Shown: in pieces, positions 58,935 to 64,000 of the stretch | Numbering within the stretch: position 1 is the first letter of the stretch | Layout of the letters: every line of letters starts with the position of its first letter | DNA from: Mobula birostris | Lineage: Eukaryota | DNA: 64,000 nucleotides | NCBI RefSeq assembly: GCF_030028105.1 | Contig: NC_092395.1 | Coordinates: 43,242,459 to 43,306,458, forward strand | Direction: 5' to 3' | Notes under the pieces: generated by a model | What the model saw: only the letters and a program-made list of their open reading frames with translations | The model's database searches: none | Told to the model about the DNA's origin: nothing | Program-made: the position numbers and the translations under genes

Positions 58935-61900
58935 GACGTGGCACGAATGCGCCAGCGCGTGCACATCAGCCAGTGAGAACAGTGAGAAGAGTTTAAAAGG
59001 AGAAAGCTTTTTTGAGATGATGTTGGAGGAGAGGGAGACAGAGCAGGAAGGTTCTGGCTCAATGGGGCTTCAGTGATAATGGTTTGAGGCGAGGTAGTTT
59101 TCTGTGTAGATTACAGTCAGGAAGTATGTGTGTGAGGCCGGTGTTGTGTGCTCGGTGTCAGATGTGGGAAGTCCGGGAGACTCCCAGCCTCCCGGAAGAC
59201 CAAATCTGCACCGGGTGCATCGAGCTGTAGCTCCTTAGGGACCACGTTAGGGAACTGGAGATGCAGCTCGATGACCTTTGTCTGGTCAGGGAGAGTGAGG
59301 AGGTGATAGAGATAGCTGGTCACACCGGGGCCTGGGGAGACAGATAAGTGGGTAACAGTCAGGAGAGGGAAGGGCTGGAGTCAGAGGCTAGAGAGCACCC
59401 CTGTGGCTGTACCCCTCAACAATAAGTACTCCTGCTTGAGTACTGTTGGTGGGGACGACCCACCTGGGGGAAGCAACAGTGGCACAGAGTCTGGCCTGTG
59501 GCTCAGAAAGGTAGGGAAAGGAAGAGGATGGCATCTGTGATTGGGGACTCTATAGTTAGGGGTCAGACATGCGATTCTGTGGACGTAGGAAAGAAGCACA
59601 GATGGTAGTTTGCCTCCCAGGTGCCAGGGTCCAGGATGTTTCAGATCGCGTCCACGGTATCCTGAAGTGGGAAGGTGAACAGCGAGAGGTTGTGGTACAT
59701 ATTGGTACCAATGACATTGGCAGGAAAAGGGAGGAGGTCCTGAAAGCAGAGCACAGGGAGTTAGGAAGGAAGTTGAGAAGCAGGACCACAAAGGTAGTTA
59801 TCTCAGGATTACTGCCTGTGACATGTGACAGTAAGTATAGGAATAGCGTGAGGTGAAGGATAAATGCATGGCTGAAGGATTGGAGCAGGGGGCAGGGATT
59901 CAGATTTCTGCCTCATTGGGACCTCTTTGGTGGCAGGAGTGACCTGTACAAAAAGGATGGGTTGCACTTGAATCTGACGGGGACGGATATCCTGGCGGGG
60001 AGGTTTGCTAAGGCTATTGGGAAGAGTTTAAACTAGGTTTGCTGGAGGGTGTGAACCAGACTGAAGAGACGGAGGAAGGGGCTGTTGGCTCACAAATAGA
60101 GAAAGCTTGGAGACAGTGCGAGAGGGAGGATAGGCAGGTGATAGAGAAGTGACGTGCACAGGCCGATGGTTTGAGAGGTGTCTATTTTAATGCAAGGAGT
60201 ATTATGAGTAAAACAGGTGAACTTTGAGCGTGGATCGGTACTTGGAGCTATGATGTTGTAACCATTACAGAGACTTGGATGGCTCAGGGGCAGGAATGGT
60301 TACTCAAGTGCCAGGCTGTAGATGTTTCAGAAAGGGCAGGGAGGGAGGCAAAAGAGGTGGAGATGTGGCACTGTTGATCAGAGATGTTGTCACAACTGCA
60401 GAAAAGGAGGAAGTCATGGAGGGATTGTTTATGGAGTCTCTGTGTGTGGAAGTTAGGAACATGAAGGAGTCAATAACTCTACTGGTTGTTTTTTATAGAT
60501 TACCCAATAGTAACAAGAACATCGAGGGGCAGATAGGGAGATAGATTCTGAAAAGGTGTAATAATAACAGGGTTGTCGTGGTGGGAAACTAATTTCCTAA
60601 ATACCGATTGGCATGTCCCTAGAGCGAGGGGTATAGATGGGGTAGAGTTTGTTTGGTGTGTTCAAAAAGGTTTCTTGACACAATATGCAGATATGCCTCC
60701 AAGAGGACAGGCTGTACTCGTATTGGGAAATGTACCTGGTCGGGTGTCAGATCTCTCAGTGGGAGAGCAGTTTGGAGATAGTGATCACAATTCTATCTCC
60801 TTTACCATAGCATTGGAGAGGTATAAGAACAGACAAGTTAAGAAAGTGTTTAATTGGAGAAAGTGAAAATATGAGACTTTCAGGCAGGAACTTGGAAGCA
60901 TAAATTGGGAACAGATGTTCTCAGGGAAATGTACGGAAGAAATGTGGCAAATGTTCAGGGGATATTTGCGTGGAGGAGGTCTGCATAGGTATATTCCGAT
61001 GAGACAGGGAAAGGATGGTAGGGTACGGGAACTGTGCTGTACAAAAGCTGTAGTAAATCTAGTCAAGAAGAAAAGAAGAGCTTATGCAAGGTTTAAAAAA
61101 CTTGGTAATGAGAGAGAACTAGAATATTATAAGGCTAGCAGGAAGGAGCTTAAGAAAGAAATTCGGAGAGCCAGAAGGGGCCATGAGAAGGCCTTGGCGG
61201 ACAAGATTAAGGAAAACCCCAAGGCATTCTGCAAGTTTGTGAAAAGCAAGAAGATAAGACGTGGGAGAATAAGGCCGATGAAGTGTGACTGTGGAAAGTG
61301 TGCATGGAACTGTAGGAGATAGCAGAGGTACTTAATGAGTACTTTGCTTCAGAATTCACTATGGAAAAGGATCTTGGCGATGTAGGAATGACTTACAGCG
61401 GACTGAAAAGCTTGAGCATGCAGATATTAAGAAACAGGCTATGCTGGAGCTTTTGGAAAGCATCAAGTTGGATAAGTCACTGGGACCAGATGAGATGAAC
61501 TCCAGGCTACTTTGGAAGACCAGGGTGGAGATTGCTCAGCCTCTGGCAATGATCTTTGCATAATTAATGAGGATGGGAAAGGTTCCAGAGGATTGCAGGA
61601 TGTGGATGTTCTTCAATTGTTCAAGAAAGGGAGTGTAGATAGACCAGGAAATTATAGACCAGTAAGTCTTACTTCAGTGGTTGGTAAGTTGATGGAGAAG
61701 ATCCTGACAGGCAGGATGTATGAATATTTGGGGGGGTATAATATGATTAGGAATAGTCAGCATTGTTTTGTGAAAGGCAGGTCGCGCCTTACGAGCCTGA
61801 TTGAATTTTTTGAGGATGTGACCAAACACGTAGCAGTAGATGTAGTATGTATGGATTTCAGCAAGGCATTTGACAAAGTTAGATTTGATTAGATTCAAAT

Positions 61901-63850
61901 TTATTGTCATTGTGCTGAGTACAGATACAAAGCCAATGAAATACAGTTAGCATCTAACCAGAAAAGCATAGAATAGTGTTATTCACAAAATAACTGCGAA
62001 TAAAAAGTAAAGTGCTACAGCACACAGATACAAAAGCACTGAGACTGTACAATATGAGTGCAATACTGCTTAACGTTGTGATGTGAGGTTCAGCAGAATC
62101 AAAGCATCAGGGAAGAAGCCCTTCCTGTGCCTGCTGGTGCGGGAATGGAGGCTCCTGTAGTGCCTTCTGGATGGGAGAAGAGTAAAAAGTCCATGGTTAG
62201 GGTGAGATGCATCCTTGATAATGCTTTTCACCCTGCCCAGGCAGCGTTTATGGTAGAGGTTCTCAATGGTGGGCAATTGGGTTCCAATAATCCACGGGGC
62301 AGTTTTCACCACACATTGGTTTGCTTTGCGGTCTGATATGGGACAATTGCCATACCACACTGAGATGCAGTTGGTGAGTATGTTCTCAGTGGTACAGTGG
62401 TAAAAGTCCGTCAGTATACTGGGACAGAGGTGAGCTTTCTTGATACTCCACAGGAAATAAAGGCACTGTTGCGCCTTTTTGATCAAGGTAGAGGAATTCA
62501 AAAACCAGGTGATATCCTCAGAAATGTGGACCCCAAGGAATTTGAAGCTTGATATACGCTCCACTACATCTCTGTTGCTGTAGGTGGCGACGTGAGTGTG
62601 GCTCCTAGAATGCCTGAAGTGCACAATGATCTCCTTGGTCTTCTGGGTGTTAAGTTCCAGGTTGTTGTCGGCACACCACGCGACCAGGTGCTGGACCTCA
62701 TCCCTGTAGGCCAAGGTACCCCATGCAAGGCTTACTGAGAATGTAAGGATGCATGGTGTCCAAGGGGACATTGCTTTTTAAATCCAGAACTGGCTTGCCC
62801 ACAGAAGGCAAAGAGTGGTTGTAGACGGGTCATATCCTGCATGGGGGTTGGTGACCAGTGGTGTGCCTCAGGGATCTGTTCTGGGACCACTACTCTTTTG
62901 ATTTTTGTAAATGATCTGGATGAAGAAGTGGAGGGTTGGGTTAGTAAATTTGCTGATGACACAAAAGTTTGTGGTGCTGTGGATAGTGTGGTGGGCTGAC
63001 AGCGGTTACAGTGGGACATTGATATGATGCAAAACTGGGCTGAGAAGTGGCAGATGGAGTTCAACCAAGATAAGTGTGAGGTGGTTCATTTTGGTAGGTC
63101 AATTATGATGGCAGAATATAGTATTAATGGTAAGACTCTTGGCAGTGTGGAAGGTTAGAGGGAACTTGGGGTCCAAGTCCATAGGACATTCAAAGCTGCT
63201 GCGTAGGTTGACTCTGTGGTTAAGAAAGCATATATTGCATTGGCCTTAATCAAGCCTTCATCAATTGTGGGAATGTGTTTAGGAGCTGAGAGGAAATGTT
63301 GCAGCTGTATAGGACTCTAGTGAGACCCCACTTGGAGTACTGTGCTCAGTTCTGGTTGCCTCACTATAGGAAGGATGTGGAAATCATAGAAAGGGTGCAG
63401 AGGAGATTTACAAGGATGTTGCCTGGATTGGGGAGCATGCCTTATGAGAATAGGTTGAGTGAACTTGGCCTTTTTTCCTTGGTGCGACGGAAGATGAGAG
63501 GTAACCTGATGGAGGAATATAAGATGATGAGAGGCATTGATCGTGTGGATAGATGCTTTTTTGCAGGGCTGGAATGGCGAGCACGAGAAGGCAGAGTCTT
63601 AAGATGTTTGGAAGTAGGTATAGAGGAGATGCCAGGGGTAAGTTTTTTTACGCAGAGTGTGGTGAGTGCATGGAATGGGCTGTTGGCAACGATGGTGGAA
63701 GCGGATATGATAGGGTCTTTTAATAGACTCCTGGACAGGTAGATGTAGCTCATAAAAATTGAGGGCAATGAGCAACCGGAAGTAATTTCTAATGTAAGAA
63801 CATGTTCAGCACAGCTGTGTGGGCCAAAGGGCCTGTATTGTGCTGTAGGT
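58935..63850 (+). mobile_element. Near full-length CR1 (5' UTR, SGNH-esterase ORF1, APE-RT ORF2, 3' tail), split by Rex1
   Basis: ORF1 VCLPGARVQDVSDR...VVHIGTNDIG. ORF2 NYRPVSLTSVVGKLMEKI, DFSKAFDKV, KFADDTK and RPHLEYCAQFW. Frameshifted. Confidence 0.92.
61881..62711 (-). mobile_element. 5'-truncated Rex1-like LINE inserted into CR1 RT
   Basis: Open frame YRDEVQHLVAWCADNNLELNTQKTKEII...FKFLGVHI...LLPSRRHYRS. The tail reads GACAATAAATTTGAATCTAATC. Apparent TSD CAA(A/G)GT. Confidence 0.9.
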
Positions 63851-64000
63851 CTTCTGTGTTATGTGCTTCTGTGAGTTCACCAGGAAGGCTGGTTCTCAGA
63901 ATTACCCGATGCCTATCCCAGTACCTCAATCCAATAACCAACAGATTCCACAGTCATCTGTGGAAGATCCCGTGGAACTTGGAAGAGCCTGGGTCTGCTC

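Noticed and set aside
59569-59856. Host SGNH esterase gene
   Set aside because: It is the ORF1 esterase domain of the CR1 element, colinear with ORF2 and frameshifted.
62070-62771. 233-aa novel fusion protein
   Set aside because: Chance read-through from antisense CR1 sequence into a truncated Rex1 frame, with no promoter or splice support.

Overview
This is eukaryotic genomic DNA from a cartilaginous fish, probably a ray (inferred from the cluster-type Ig gene and the elasmobranch SINE/CR1 repeats). The only host gene I can support is one germline immunoglobulin light-chain cluster of the sigma isotype on the minus strand. Its parts are leader 28057-28004, V 27902-27576 with a near-consensus 12-RSS, J 27197-27161 with a 23-RSS, C 25792-25470 and a polyA signal at 25123-25118. 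As assembled it carries three possible lesions: a leader frameshift whose ATG overlaps the octamer, a degenerate J nonamer, and a Leu-to-Pro change at the conserved C-domain strand E leucine. The rest is nested mobile DNA: CR1, Rex1-like, L1, Tx1, I/Nimb, R4/Rex6, Penelope-like elements (PLE), sushi-type Ty3/Gypsy, solo LTRs, V-SINEs and a Buster/Charlie-like hAT. The 4-23 kb region is a mosaic of segmental duplications, with a third paralogous block at about 58 kb. The most unusual signal is a family of about 200-bp fold-back elements with long target-site duplications that carry a PLE-type minimal hammerhead ribozyme motif. Two of them bracket the L-V-J cassette. All coordinates were read by eye and TE boundaries are approximate.
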